In this document: in pieces, positions 6,309-15,256 of the stretch
Layout of the letters: every line of letters starts with the position of its first letter
Position numbering within the stretch: the first letter of the stretch is position 1
Virus record (IMG/VR): IMGVR_UViG_3300025723_000123
Coordinates: 1 to 32,405 of that record
Source: a virus
Taxonomy: Duplodnaviria > Caudoviricetes
Direction: 5' to 3' (one strand)
Length of the DNA: 32,405 bases
Translations under genes and position numbers: made by a program
Notes under the pieces: generated by a model
Seen by the model: only the letters and a program-made list of their open reading frames with translations
Told to the model about the DNA's origin: nothing
The model's database searches: none

Positions 6309-7572
6309 TTGTCCACCGGCAAATCATTAAATTAAGATGATTATGTTCATTCAAAGGATCTGGTTGATCTTTAATTTGTCCAAATTCATTGATGTAATTA
6401 AACTTAAAACCGGGAAAATGACTTTCATTTAAACCATGAATTTTATGATGATGTCCCCAAAAACCAACAGGTTCATTCATAGGAACTGTTATTAACAATC
6501 TTTTGCAATGATTTTTTAATTTTTCTACTACTTCTAAACCGTTATCTAAATGTTCAATTACTTCAAAAGCTACGATAGTATCGTATTGATCTAACTCATA
6601 TTGATTAATATCAGCATTTACAAACTTAGCATTAGGTAACCAATTTTGTTCTTGTGCTACTTCTACAATAATAGGATCATAATCTAGACCTGTATAGTCT
6701 ATGTCTTTAGGAAAAAACTGTGTGCCATAGCCACTAGAGCATCCCAATTCAAATACTTTTTTTCCTAATAGGTTTTCATTAGCCCATTTATATCTGGTAA
6801 CTTCTCTAGGAAATACTTCATCACCCTGAAGGAATACAGCCCTTTCATAGTAATTTCCCAATCTCCAATGATACCAATCAAAATTATATTTTTTAGCAAG
6901 CTTTAAAGAGTTTTTAAGAAATATATGCTCCCAATTTTTAACCAATTCTGGGTCATGAACTGTTCCTTCACCTTTATGATATATAGGAAAACCACCTGTA
7001 TATTGTTCTCCGTTCCAAAGTTTTTCAAATACTTCAATAACTTTAAATCCAGCTTTTTCAGTTTCTATACAAAATTCAGTATCTTCTCCACCACCAACAC
7101 CATATTCTTCGTTTAACAAACCAATCTTATCAAATACTTTTTGATGAATCATTACACAAAAAAATACTGCAAAAAAGTGATTTGCTGGTTCTGAATGTCC
7201 TTTAATAATGCAAGAAATCCCGCAATCAGGATCTGCAAAAGGTTTATCAAGTATTTCTAACCATTGATTTTTAGGCTGTTCTAACAGAACTGTGTCATTA
7301 TTTAAGAGAATAATTTTATCAGTTGTAGCTGCTTTGATGCCTTCATTAGTAGCTTTAGAATATCCCAAAGGGTCTTTATTCCATACAACTGTTAAATTGG
7401 GTATAGCAGAAGCCAAGTATGTTAAATAGGCTTCTGTATTATCGGTACATCCATTGGCAGAAATGACCAACTCTATGTCGGTCATTTCGGTGTATTTGAT
7501 AATTGAATCTATACAGGGTTTAAGGTATTTTTCGCAATTATTGTAAGTAGGTATTACTATGCTGTATTTCAT
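6301..7572 (-). CDS. GT2 glycosyltransferase fused to a class I SAM-dependent methyltransferase
   Basis: 'YSIVIPTYN', 'LLNND', 'GGEDTEFC'; MTase motifs 'VFELGCSSGYG', 'GLDYD', 'VAFEVIEH'. Confidence 0.9.
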   Translation of the reverse strand: MKYSIVIPTYNNCEKYLKPCIDSIIKYTEMTDIELVISANGCTDNTEAYLTYLASAIPNLTVVWNKDPLGYSKATNEGIKAATTDKIILLNNDTVLLEQPKNQWLEILDKPFADPDCGISCIIKGHSEPANHFFAVFFCVMIHQKVFDKIGLLNEEYGVGGGEDTEFCIETEKAGFKVIEVFEKLWNGEQYTGGFPIYHKGEGTVHDPELVKNWEHIFLKNSLKLAKKYNFDWYHWRLGNYYERAVFLQGDEVFPREVTRYKWANENLLGKKVFELGCSSGYGTQFFPKDIDYTGLDYDPIIVEVAQEQNWLPNAKFVNADINQYELDQYDTIVAFEVIEHLDNGLEVVEKLKNHCKRLLITVPMNEPVGFWGHHHKIHGLNESHFPGFKFNYINEFGQIKDQPDPLNEHNHLNLMICRWTNE

Positions 7573-7607
7573 TCTGTCCTTTTGATCGCATCATTGATCT
7601 TTTTAAA

Positions 7608-7616
7608 ATCATATCA
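7608..7616 (-). promoter_or_regulatory. Extended -10 promoter upstream of the glycosyltransferase cluster
   Basis: TG-A-TATGAT in the intergenic gap, followed by a short hairpin and SD AAGGA. Confidence 0.45.
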
Positions 7617-7620
7617 AAAT

Positions 7621-7899
7621 TTAATATATTTTCCATGATTTTGTTAATTCATCCCAAATACAAAGTGTATTATTTGGTGCAGGAATTGGTGGAATCCATA
7701 CATTATTTTCTAATATCCATGAAGGATAAGGTTGTGGTGGAGTGAAAATATTATTAACATAGGTATATCCGGGGCTAGCCACGTCAGATTCTACAGCTAT
7801 ATATTTTGAATCTAATCCCGGCAATGGATGATCAGGCGGTGTTTCATAGTTAATCACATTGACAACATTTATACCATCAATAATTGCATATCTTTGCAT
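7621..7899 (-). CDS. Putative tail-fibre assembly/accessory protein
   Basis: 'YAII...VVNVI', 'FTPPQPYPSW...W.PPIP.P...WDE...SW', typical of genes following Gly-rich fibre tips. Confidence 0.65.
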   Translation of the reverse strand: MQRYAIIDGINVVNVINYETPPDHPLPGLDSKYIAVESDVASPGYTYVNNIFTPPQPYPSWILENNVWIPPIPAPNNTLCIWDELTKSWKIY

Positions 7900-7908
7900 T
7901 ATTTCTCC

Positions 7909-10900
7909 TTAAAAATAAGCAGTTACCGAAATATAACCTGCTCCACCTGAATTTCCAGCAGCAGCATTAGATCCTGAACCAGCAGAACCACCTGATCCAC
8001 CAGCACCAACAGCATAAGAATAAGTTGAACTTGGGGAACTAATTAAAACTTTTATAAATCCACCTGCACCACCACCACAACCAGTATAAATTTGTGCTGT
8101 ATCATTTCCACCACCACCGCCACCACCACCACCACCAGTATTTCCAGCACCACTAGCAGCCCCACCCACATAAGAAGCACCTGCGCCACCACCACCATAA
8201 GCACCATTACCACCATTACCGCCACATACAGTTGTTTGACCTTGTTGACCTGCTGCTATAAATCCTGCACCACCACCATAACCACCAGCAACAGCAGTTA
8301 ATTTTGTTCCTGTTCCAAGAGAAATTGAACCACCTGAACCACCAACTCCAGACCAAGGGACTGGACCACCACCACCGCCAATACAAGTATTAGAACCAAA
8401 AGTAGTACTACCACCAGCACCACCAGTTGAAAATGAACCAGTTCCACCACCTGAACCACCACCACCACCACCAATCATTTCTACAATTAGGTATTTGGTA
8501 TTTGCTGGAGTTGTATAAGTTCCACTACCAGAAGCATAAGTAGTTACTTGTGGTAAAGCTATTGTTGCACCTGAATAACCAGAAATTCCAGAATATCCAG
8601 AAATCCCGCTATAACCTGAAATACCACTATAGCCAGAAATACCGCTATATCCACTAAAACCAGATAAACCTGATCCGCTATAACCAGAATAACCACTAAA
8701 CCCACTATAACCAGAAATACCACTATAGCCTGATCTACCAGAGTACCCTGAGATTCCGCTATATCCAGAGATTCCAGAGTAACCAGATATTCCACTAATA
8801 CCACTATAACCAGAAATACCGCTATATCCTGAATATCCAGATATACCTGAATAACCACTAAATCCAGAGTAACCTGAAATTCCACTAAAACCAGAATAGC
8901 CAGAAAAGCCACTTGTACCTGTTGCGCCATTTGATCCGCTATATCCAGAATAACCACTAAATCCAGAGTAGCCTGAAACACCTGATCCAGAGTAACCTGA
9001 TATGCCACTTCCAGAATAACCAGATTGACCAGAGTAGCCTGAAATACCAGAGTAACCAGAAATTCCTGAATAGCCTGATTTTCCACTATAACCAGAAGTT
9101 GAATAAGCAATTTGCTCAACATTAATTGCTACTGCTGGTGATACTGGTACTGTTGGACTTGTGCCAGCAGGGAGAGTTACAAGTTGAACTCCAGCAACAT
9201 CAGACTGCCAATACATAGTAATGGAATCACTAGCATTTAAACTAAGTATTTGATTCCAGCCAACAACAGAAACACCATTAGTTCCTGAATGTTGTTGTGG
9301 TACTGCAAAAGTTCCTGTTGAATCTGGTAAATCTGTACCATTTAATCTAAACCAAACACTTACAGTTGATACAGAATTGTTTGGATTTGATACTTGTAAA
9401 CTAAATGAATAGTTGTAAATTCCAGTATTGGAAAAAGTAACAGCATTGGAAACTAAATTAATTCCATTACTAATCGCTGTTGAGCCACATAAAACTTGAT
9501 AAGCTGTTGTTGTGCTTGATGCTGTTTGTGCTGCTGTAGTGTCATAAAAAGCACCATACCAGCCAATAGAACCGCCAGCACCTACACCACCAGAATAACC
9601 AGAAATTCCGCTATATCCACTAAAACCAGATAAACCTGATCCGCTATATCCAGAATAACCAGAAACACCTGATCCTGAGTAGCCAGAAATGCCACTAAAA
9701 CCGCTATATCCGCTTGTTCCTGATGTTCCAGAGTATCCACTAATACCTGAGTAACCACTTATACCTGAATAGCCACTAAAGCCTGAAATACCGCTAAATC
9801 CAGAGATTCCAGAAAATCCACTAAAGCCAGATGTTCCGCTATAACCTGAAATGCCAGAAATACCAGAATAACCAGAAATACCAGAGTAGCCAGAAATACC
9901 AGAAAAACCTGAGTATCCAGAAATACCAGAAAAACCTGAGTAGCCAGAAATACCAGAAAAACCTGAGTATCCGCTTATGCCAGAAAATCCGCTATAACCA
10001 GAAACGCCTGATCCGCTATAACCTGAAATTCCAGAGTATCCGCTATATCCACTTATCCCAGAGTATCCGCTTATTCCGCTATATCCACTTTTTCCTGAAT
10101 ATCCAGAAATTCCGCTAAAGCCTGAGTAACCTGAAATACCACTATAGCCACTTGTACCAGAGTATCCGCTTATTCCTGAGTAGCCAGAAATTCCGCTATA
10201 ACCACTAAAACCTGATGTTCCAGAATATCCACTAATTCCTGAATATCCGCTATAGCCTGATATACCAGACCAGCCACTATATCCTGAGATTCCAGAGCCA
10301 GAGTAACCTGAAACACCTGATCCAGAATATCCGCTAATTCCACTAAAACCTGAATATCCAGAAATACCAGAGTAACCAGAAAAACTGCTATAGCCTGAAT
10401 AACCAGAGTAGCCTGAATAGCCACTATATCCTGATGTTCCAGAATAACCTGAGTAACCAGATGTACCTACAATTTGACCTGCATTAAACCAAGCTGATCC
10501 ATTCCATACATATAGATCACCATTAGAGTCAACAATGTAAGCATCATTAACTTGATTTCCTACAAGTGGCAAATCGGCTGGGGTTGCAACAGAACCTTTA
10601 ATATTAATTGATGTTCCTTGTTGTCCACTATACCCTGAAAAACCACTAATTCCTGAATATCCAGAATAGCTACTATAGCCAGAATAACCAGATATTCCTG
10701 AATAACCACTAAATCCAGAATATCCAGAAATACCGCTTCCAGAGTAACCAGAAAATCCAGAATATCCTGAAGTACCAATTCCTGAGAATTGAGTCCAAAC
10801 AATAGGGGTTGTATTAATTACGCCAATTTCAGGAGCAATAACAACCCATCCAGTACCGCCATTGACTGTACCATTTTGAATAAAAGTAAATGCACTTGGA

Positions 10901-11556
10901 ACTTCTGTCCAGATATTCATATCGGCTGATCTTGACCATGCGCTGCTAGATGCTACATAAATACCATTTTCTGCTGGATTAGTTTGATTCTTTACGCAAA
11001 CACGATCACCAGCCAAAGTTGTGTAATTGTCAATGGTTTGTAAGCCTGACAATGTAATGTTGCCACCCAAAGGAGTAGTTCCGCATTGACATTCACCTTT
11101 AGCTGTTAATCCTTGCGCTAAACCATCAGCGTATTGTTTATTAACAAGATCAATAGGATTGACAGGTAAAGATTCTACTTGCCCTGATACGCCAAATACA
11201 TTTTGAAAGGCTGCTGAATAGTAACCATTTTCCATGCCATAAAGCTGTGCAAAAGCTTTACCTGTACCCGCAGTCATTAAATTAACTACAAAATCGCCAA
11301 TACTCCATGCTCTTGCAACAGTTCCTTCTTGACCTCTTAAAACTGTCCATACATCTCCAGTTACATTAGTTACTAAAACAATTTCAACAATAAGATTATT
11401 TGTTGATTGAACTAATGTAGCTTTAAATGCTTCCGCATATTGAGGATTTGGAAAATTAACAGAAGTACCGCTTGCTACTGTAATAGTAGTATCAGAACTA
11501 CTTACAGGCAAAGCAAGTGCAGTTTGGGCTTGATTAGAAAATAGCAGTATTGTCAT
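7909..11556 (-). CDS. Long tail fibre/adhesin (1215 aa) with Gly-X-Ser collagen-like repeats, internal globular domains and Gly-rich C-terminus
   Basis: Baseplate-anchor N-terminus, 'GDRVCVKNQTNPAENGIY' fibre domain, three (GYS/GFS/GIS)n tracts, C1q/BclA-like insert, Gly-rich tip. Confidence 0.85.
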   Translation of the reverse strand: MTILLFSNQAQTALALPVSSSDTTITVASGTSVNFPNPQYAEAFKATLVQSTNNLIVEIVLVTNVTGDVWTVLRGQEGTVARAWSIGDFVVNLMTAGTGKAFAQLYGMENGYYSAAFQNVFGVSGQVESLPVNPIDLVNKQYADGLAQGLTAKGECQCGTTPLGGNITLSGLQTIDNYTTLAGDRVCVKNQTNPAENGIYVASSSAWSRSADMNIWTEVPSAFTFIQNGTVNGGTGWVVIAPEIGVINTTPIVWTQFSGIGTSGYSGFSGYSGSGISGYSGFSGYSGISGYSGYSSYSGYSGISGFSGYSGQQGTSINIKGSVATPADLPLVGNQVNDAYIVDSNGDLYVWNGSAWFNAGQIVGTSGYSGYSGTSGYSGYSGYSGYSGYSSFSGYSGISGYSGFSGISGYSGSGVSGYSGSGISGYSGWSGISGYSGYSGISGYSGTSGFSGYSGISGYSGISGYSGTSGYSGISGYSGFSGISGYSGKSGYSGISGYSGISGYSGYSGISGYSGSGVSGYSGFSGISGYSGFSGISGYSGFSGISGYSGFSGISGYSGISGYSGISGISGYSGTSGFSGFSGISGFSGISGFSGYSGISGYSGISGYSGTSGTSGYSGFSGISGYSGSGVSGYSGYSGSGLSGFSGYSGISGYSGGVGAGGSIGWYGAFYDTTAAQTASSTTTAYQVLCGSTAISNGINLVSNAVTFSNTGIYNYSFSLQVSNPNNSVSTVSVWFRLNGTDLPDSTGTFAVPQQHSGTNGVSVVGWNQILSLNASDSITMYWQSDVAGVQLVTLPAGTSPTVPVSPAVAINVEQIAYSTSGYSGKSGYSGISGYSGISGYSGQSGYSGSGISGYSGSGVSGYSGFSGYSGYSGSNGATGTSGFSGYSGFSGISGYSGFSGYSGISGYSGYSGISGYSGISGISGYSGISGYSGISGYSGRSGYSGISGYSGFSGYSGYSGSGLSGFSGYSGISGYSGISGYSGISGYSGISGYSGATIALPQVTTYASGSGTYTTPANTKYLIVEMIGGGGGGSGGGTGSFSTGGAGGSTTFGSNTCIGGGGGPVPWSGVGGSGGSISLGTGTKLTAVAGGYGGGAGFIAAGQQGQTTVCGGNGGNGAYGGGGAGASYVGGAASGAGNTGGGGGGGGGGNDTAQIYTGCGGGAGGFIKVLISSPSSTYSYAVGAGGSGGSAGSGSNAAAGNSGGAGYISVTAYF
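8633..9661. repeat. Pair of 63-bp direct repeats (8633-8695 and 9599-9661; 2 mismatches)
   Basis: CCAGAAATWCCGCTATATCCACTAAAACCAGATAAACCTGATCCGCTATAWCCAGAATAACCA, 966 bp apart. Confidence 0.85.
9884..9972. repeat. Tandem repeat, 3 x 27 bp, near-perfect
   Basis: GAGTAKCCAGAAATACCAGAAAAACCT x3 plus a partial unit. Confidence 0.85.
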
Positions 11557-11577
11557 GACAAACCCTTGTTAAAACAA

Positions 11578-11850
11578 TTAAATAATAGAATACGTATCGT
11601 TAGCCGCGCCAGTAAACTTAATATTAGTAACTGGGAAAGTTAATACATAATAAATTTGACTTGTTTCAGTTCCAGTTGGAGTAACTGCCGCATAAAAAGT
11701 TGAGCCATTGTCCAAGGAAAATTGAATGGTTCTACCAGAATTAGCAGAATTTAAAACAATAGTTGCTGGATAAACAACATTAGGTAACGAAACAATTGCT
11801 GTAGTTCCAGCTAAAGTTCCTGTAATTGGACTGCCATAGTTATAAGTCAT
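11578..11850 (-). CDS. Small beta-rich virion protein (fibre-associated)
   Basis: 90 aa with 'TIQFSLDNGSTFY'; lies between the fibre genes. Confidence 0.65.
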   Translation of the reverse strand: MTYNYGSPITGTLAGTTAIVSLPNVVYPATIVLNSANSGRTIQFSLDNGSTFYAAVTPTGTETSQIYYVLTFPVTNIKFTGAANDTYSII

Positions 11851-11853
11851 TAT

Positions 11854-12237
11854 TTAACTCCATATTTCTAGTGGTTTATTAGGAAATACCGCATCAATAG
11901 TTGGATTAATAGCTATTTCTCTTAAAGATTTTCTATAAATAATCCACTCATTTTTATTTGTTAAATTTACATCTGGCAATGTTGCAAAATCTGAATTTGA
12001 TAACAAATTTATTGCTTTATTTTTTATAATTACAAGTAATTGTTCATTGGTTGGTAAAGGATGTGAAGCATTAATTGGAAAACCATTAGAATCTGCAACA
12101 ATAGTTTGTCCATTTGATTGACCTTGCATCAATGACATATAAATTTGATCTGTAATTTCTACAGAATCCGGTGGAATGTTTTTTCCATGAATTTCTAAAT
12201 GATAAAAACCACCAGTTGTTTTAGAGTAATAAATCAT
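11854..12237 (-). CDS. Tail-fibre assembly chaperone
   Basis: 'YYSKTTGGFY...HG..IP.D.VEIT...Y..LM.GQS.G..I..D..G.P' and 'W..YR..LR...FP.KP'; likely start is ATG 12237 (MIYYSK). Confidence 0.85.
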   Translation of the reverse strand: MIYYSKTTGGFYHLEIHGKNIPPDSVEITDQIYMSLMQGQSNGQTIVADSNGFPINASHPLPTNEQLLVIIKNKAINLLSNSDFATLPDVNLTNKNEWIIYRKSLREIAINPTIDAVFPNKPLEIWS

Positions 12238-12238
12238 T

Positions 12239-13120
12239 TTATTTTCCAATAGCAATATAATTCATTCGTGTATCAATAGTATTATTTGATGTATACCATT
12301 GGACAAAAGTTTGTGTCCAAGTTCCATATCCTGTTGAAACTACTGCATCAATATTTGCAGCGCCATCACCATTTGTTACAATAACTAAACTACAATAATT
12401 AGGGAAAGCTGCTGGAAAAAACCATTGAACTGGTTGTGAAGCACCGTTTAGTTGCCCAGCGCTTCCCCATTGAATAATTGTGCCATCTGGAAATATTTCA
12501 TAACCATAAACACCTGATAAAAATTGTTGAAATTGATTTAAAGTAACTATTGGATTAAATGCTGCACCATTTAAACTTAATCCACCTGATAAACTATATT
12601 GAGCATGAGTTCCTGAAGGATTTCCTGCTTGTAAATAGCCATTTAACGCAGACAATAATCCAGAAACATTAACAGCCCCACTAAATGCACCTGTTGTTGC
12701 ATTAACAGTACCACCAGATTGATTTGTTGCTGTTGCAGCAGAATTAGCTGTAGCTGCATTACCTAAAATATTAATATTCCAGTTTCCATTAGCCCCATAT
12801 CCATTATTTTGAGCTAAATTTTGCATTGTTCCTGCTGTTGGAAACATAGATACTTTATCGCCAGCAGACCATGAATAAGCAGTAGTACCTTCTTGTGCTC
12901 TAGAAACAGTCATAGAATCGCCTGAACGAGCAGTACAATCTAAAATTTCATAGATTAACCCCGTTGCAGCATCATTTAAAGTAATTCTAAAACTTTGACC
13001 AGATGTAGGCGAAGGAAAATTACTACCTGTGCCGGGTGCGACAGAAATAACCGTAGCCGTAGTGTTGATCGGGGCGGCTAAAGTGGTAGTTGCGTTATTA
13101 GCGTATAACAGAGTAGTCAT
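12239..13120 (-). CDS. Short tail fibre (gp53-like C-terminal domain)
   Basis: C-terminal 'GYEIFPDGTIIQWG...FPAAFPN...YIAIGK'; followed by its chaperone. Confidence 0.85.
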   Translation of the reverse strand: MTTLLYANNATTTLAAPINTTATVISVAPGTGSNFPSPTSGQSFRITLNDAATGLIYEILDCTARSGDSMTVSRAQEGTTAYSWSAGDKVSMFPTAGTMQNLAQNNGYGANGNWNINILGNAATANSAATATNQSGGTVNATTGAFSGAVNVSGLLSALNGYLQAGNPSGTHAQYSLSGGLSLNGAAFNPIVTLNQFQQFLSGVYGYEIFPDGTIIQWGSAGQLNGASQPVQWFFPAAFPNYCSLVIVTNGDGAANIDAVVSTGYGTWTQTFVQWYTSNNTIDTRMNYIAIGK

Positions 13121-13130
13121 AAATTATGCC

Positions 13131-13745
13131 TTAATAAGTCACATTGTAAGTATACTGGAATGGTAGCTGTAAAACACCTGATTGAATACCAGCATTTAAA
13201 ATTGGTGCATTTGCGACTAATCCGCCCGCGGAAATGTGTATATCAACGACATTGTAAGTAGCAAACGTAACACTAATTTGATAAGTGTTATCTAATACTG
13301 GCAAATAACCGTTTGTACCTTGTAAAAATCGCTGAATGCGTCTTTTTAACCAAGTTGTATTAAATTGATTTCCATCACCTTCATAATAGTTCCAAGTAAT
13401 AATTCTTTTGTAAATATCATCATTGGTTACATAAAAACTAGAAGGTGGAATAATTTTTTCCGCATCATACGCTAAAGTATCGTATGGCACGGTGTCATAA
13501 GAACCTAAATAAGTATAAGTTCCTAATGCAAAAGTAGGTCTTGGAATACCGTAAATTCCTTTTCCAACCCAATCTAATAAAGCTCTAGACTGAATAGTGT
13601 AATTAGGTAAATTTAAGTTATTTGTGTTATCTAAATATGTTTGTGATAATTCATTGTAAGCATCAAAAAATGCTTGCAAATACTGTGTAGTATCACTATA
13701 GCTATATTGCTGATATAAATACGCCGGGAGTAATTGCTGGGTCAT
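13131..13745 (-). CDS. Baseplate wedge protein (DUF2612/gpI-like)
   Basis: 'LLDWVGKGIYGIPRP', 'DDIYKRII'; position directly after baseplate J. Confidence 0.75.
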   Translation of the reverse strand: MTQQLLPAYLYQQYSYSDTTQYLQAFFDAYNELSQTYLDNTNNLNLPNYTIQSRALLDWVGKGIYGIPRPTFALGTYTYLGSYDTVPYDTLAYDAEKIIPPSSFYVTNDDIYKRIITWNYYEGDGNQFNTTWLKRRIQRFLQGTNGYLPVLDNTYQISVTFATYNVVDIHISAGGLVANAPILNAGIQSGVLQLPFQYTYNVTY

Positions 13746-13747
13746 AT

Positions 13748-14935
13748 TTAACCTTGGGCAATAATAACTGCACTAGTATTGGTTTCAAAATAGCTTTCTG
13801 AATCTCCAAAAATTAATCCTGTACCGGTTGTTGGTGCGACAATACTTCCGTTAATCTCTACCGTAAATACCATGCGGGAGATTAAAGTTGCCGGTAAAAT
13901 ACTTGCTACTGCTAATTGAAATACATTTTGTAATTCAAATACGTTTATCGGTTGTCCCACATAAATACTGTTAATATAGTTAACAATTGCTGGATTTGCT
14001 AATTGAGCAATAGCCGTAGGGGATACATAGTTAGTCGATGTAGTATTCCAAAGTAAAGAAACATTTACAGTTTGCTGTGGTGGATTGACATAAGTAATAC
14101 TGTAAGTATCTGGATAGTCGTCAATAGATACAGTAATATTTCTTGCGGTTGTAGTTGATCCAACAAGAGTAGAAATATCAAATACGCCAGTAAAAATAGC
14201 ATTCGCGACTGCATAAGGGTCGCCGCCGCCGACAATTATTTCCCATTGATTTGTACCCGCTACCCGAATGCCGACTAATCGTGCTTGAACTCCAGATACT
14301 TTCTGTAATTGAGTTCTAAGAAAAGTTGGCATTCCTTGAGCAGTGGCTAATCCAGCTTGAATAACTTGCGCTTGATAATCAGGTAAAGTTTGAGCTGTAG
14401 TGCCAATTACTCCCGCTGAAGGGTTTGTACAAGTAAGGGTAATTCCTGATGGAACAGATGTAACTAATTGAGTTACTGAATTAACTGGTACAGCCCATGA
14501 ACCAAAAGTTGTTGCAAGACAATACAAAGATGCGCTTACGCCAGTAGAACCAATAATTCCGCCATCTTGAACTGTGTATTGATAAGAGCCATCAGAAACA
14601 ATAAAACCTCTAGGAATTACAAAACCTACTGTTCCGCTAAATACAACGAATACAGAAGTGTTTGATCCTTGACCTTGTTGAACGCCATAAACAGCGCCCA
14701 ATTGATAGACAATAGATGCGTTTGCGGTATAAGGACTGATAGAGTTAACTAAGTCAACATAAGCTTGATCTTGAACAACGGCTGCACCCGCGGCTGTAGA
14801 AGCCATATCTTCTACTAAAGAGCCGGGCAAATTAGCTGTCAATCCGGGTGCTAAAGCGGTTGCAGTCGCTACTAGCTCATCGCGAATCGCTGTTGGACTT
14901 GCAGGGATAGCACCTGCGGTAGTTATAGTTGCCAT
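13748..14935 (-). CDS. Baseplate J-like protein
   Basis: 395 aa; 'PGSLVED', 'FSGTVGFVIPRGFIVSDG', 'TCTNPSAGVIG'; gene order. Confidence 0.85.
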   Translation of the reverse strand: MATITTAGAIPASPTAIRDELVATATALAPGLTANLPGSLVEDMASTAAGAAVVQDQAYVDLVNSISPYTANASIVYQLGAVYGVQQGQGSNTSVFVVFSGTVGFVIPRGFIVSDGSYQYTVQDGGIIGSTGVSASLYCLATTFGSWAVPVNSVTQLVTSVPSGITLTCTNPSAGVIGTTAQTLPDYQAQVIQAGLATAQGMPTFLRTQLQKVSGVQARLVGIRVAGTNQWEIIVGGGDPYAVANAIFTGVFDISTLVGSTTTARNITVSIDDYPDTYSITYVNPPQQTVNVSLLWNTTSTNYVSPTAIAQLANPAIVNYINSIYVGQPINVFELQNVFQLAVASILPATLISRMVFTVEINGSIVAPTTGTGLIFGDSESYFETNTSAVIIAQG

Positions 14936-15256
14936 TTATGTCGCCACCGTAGTTTGAATAGTTGTTCCGTTTTGGAATACAGCACTGATATTATAAGTTG
15001 GATTAACCGTATTTTGGGTTTTTAAGACAGTTAAACTAGCAAAATAGGGGGCGTACTGAGTTTGAGTCCTGTTTATTGCCAAGTCGGGCGGGACTTGATT
15101 TAATACGGATGAATATGCCGGTATTCCGTAATTGGCATAATAAGGACTTTCGCCTTGATTTAAGCGCAAAGTTTGAGCTAAAGTAGCCAACCAAATATAG
15201 CTGGTTTCGGTCACTTCTACCCATTGCCCCGATTCATTTATTCCATAAGTTCTCAT
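14936..15256 (-). CDS. Baseplate wedge/sheath initiator (gp25/gp46-like)
   Basis: 'LRLNQGESPYYANYGIP'; lies between spike and J. Confidence 0.7.
   Translation of the reverse strand: MRTYGINESGQWVEVTETSYIWLATLAQTLRLNQGESPYYANYGIPAYSSVLNQVPPDLAINRTQTQYAPYFASLTVLKTQNTVNPTYNISAVFQNGTTIQTTVAT

Noticed and set aside
8092-10802. Alternative-frame ORFs within the fibre gene (8092..8301, 8559..9122, 9831..10118, 10170..10424, 10560..10802)
   Set aside because: By-products of the 9-nt periodic repeat and Gly-rich coding, which leave other frames low in stops.
7909-13120. Diversity-generating retroelement or invertible fibre cassette
   Set aside because: No reverse transcriptase or invertase in the window, no adenine-specific TR/VR pair at a fibre C-terminus, and no inverted fibre segments.
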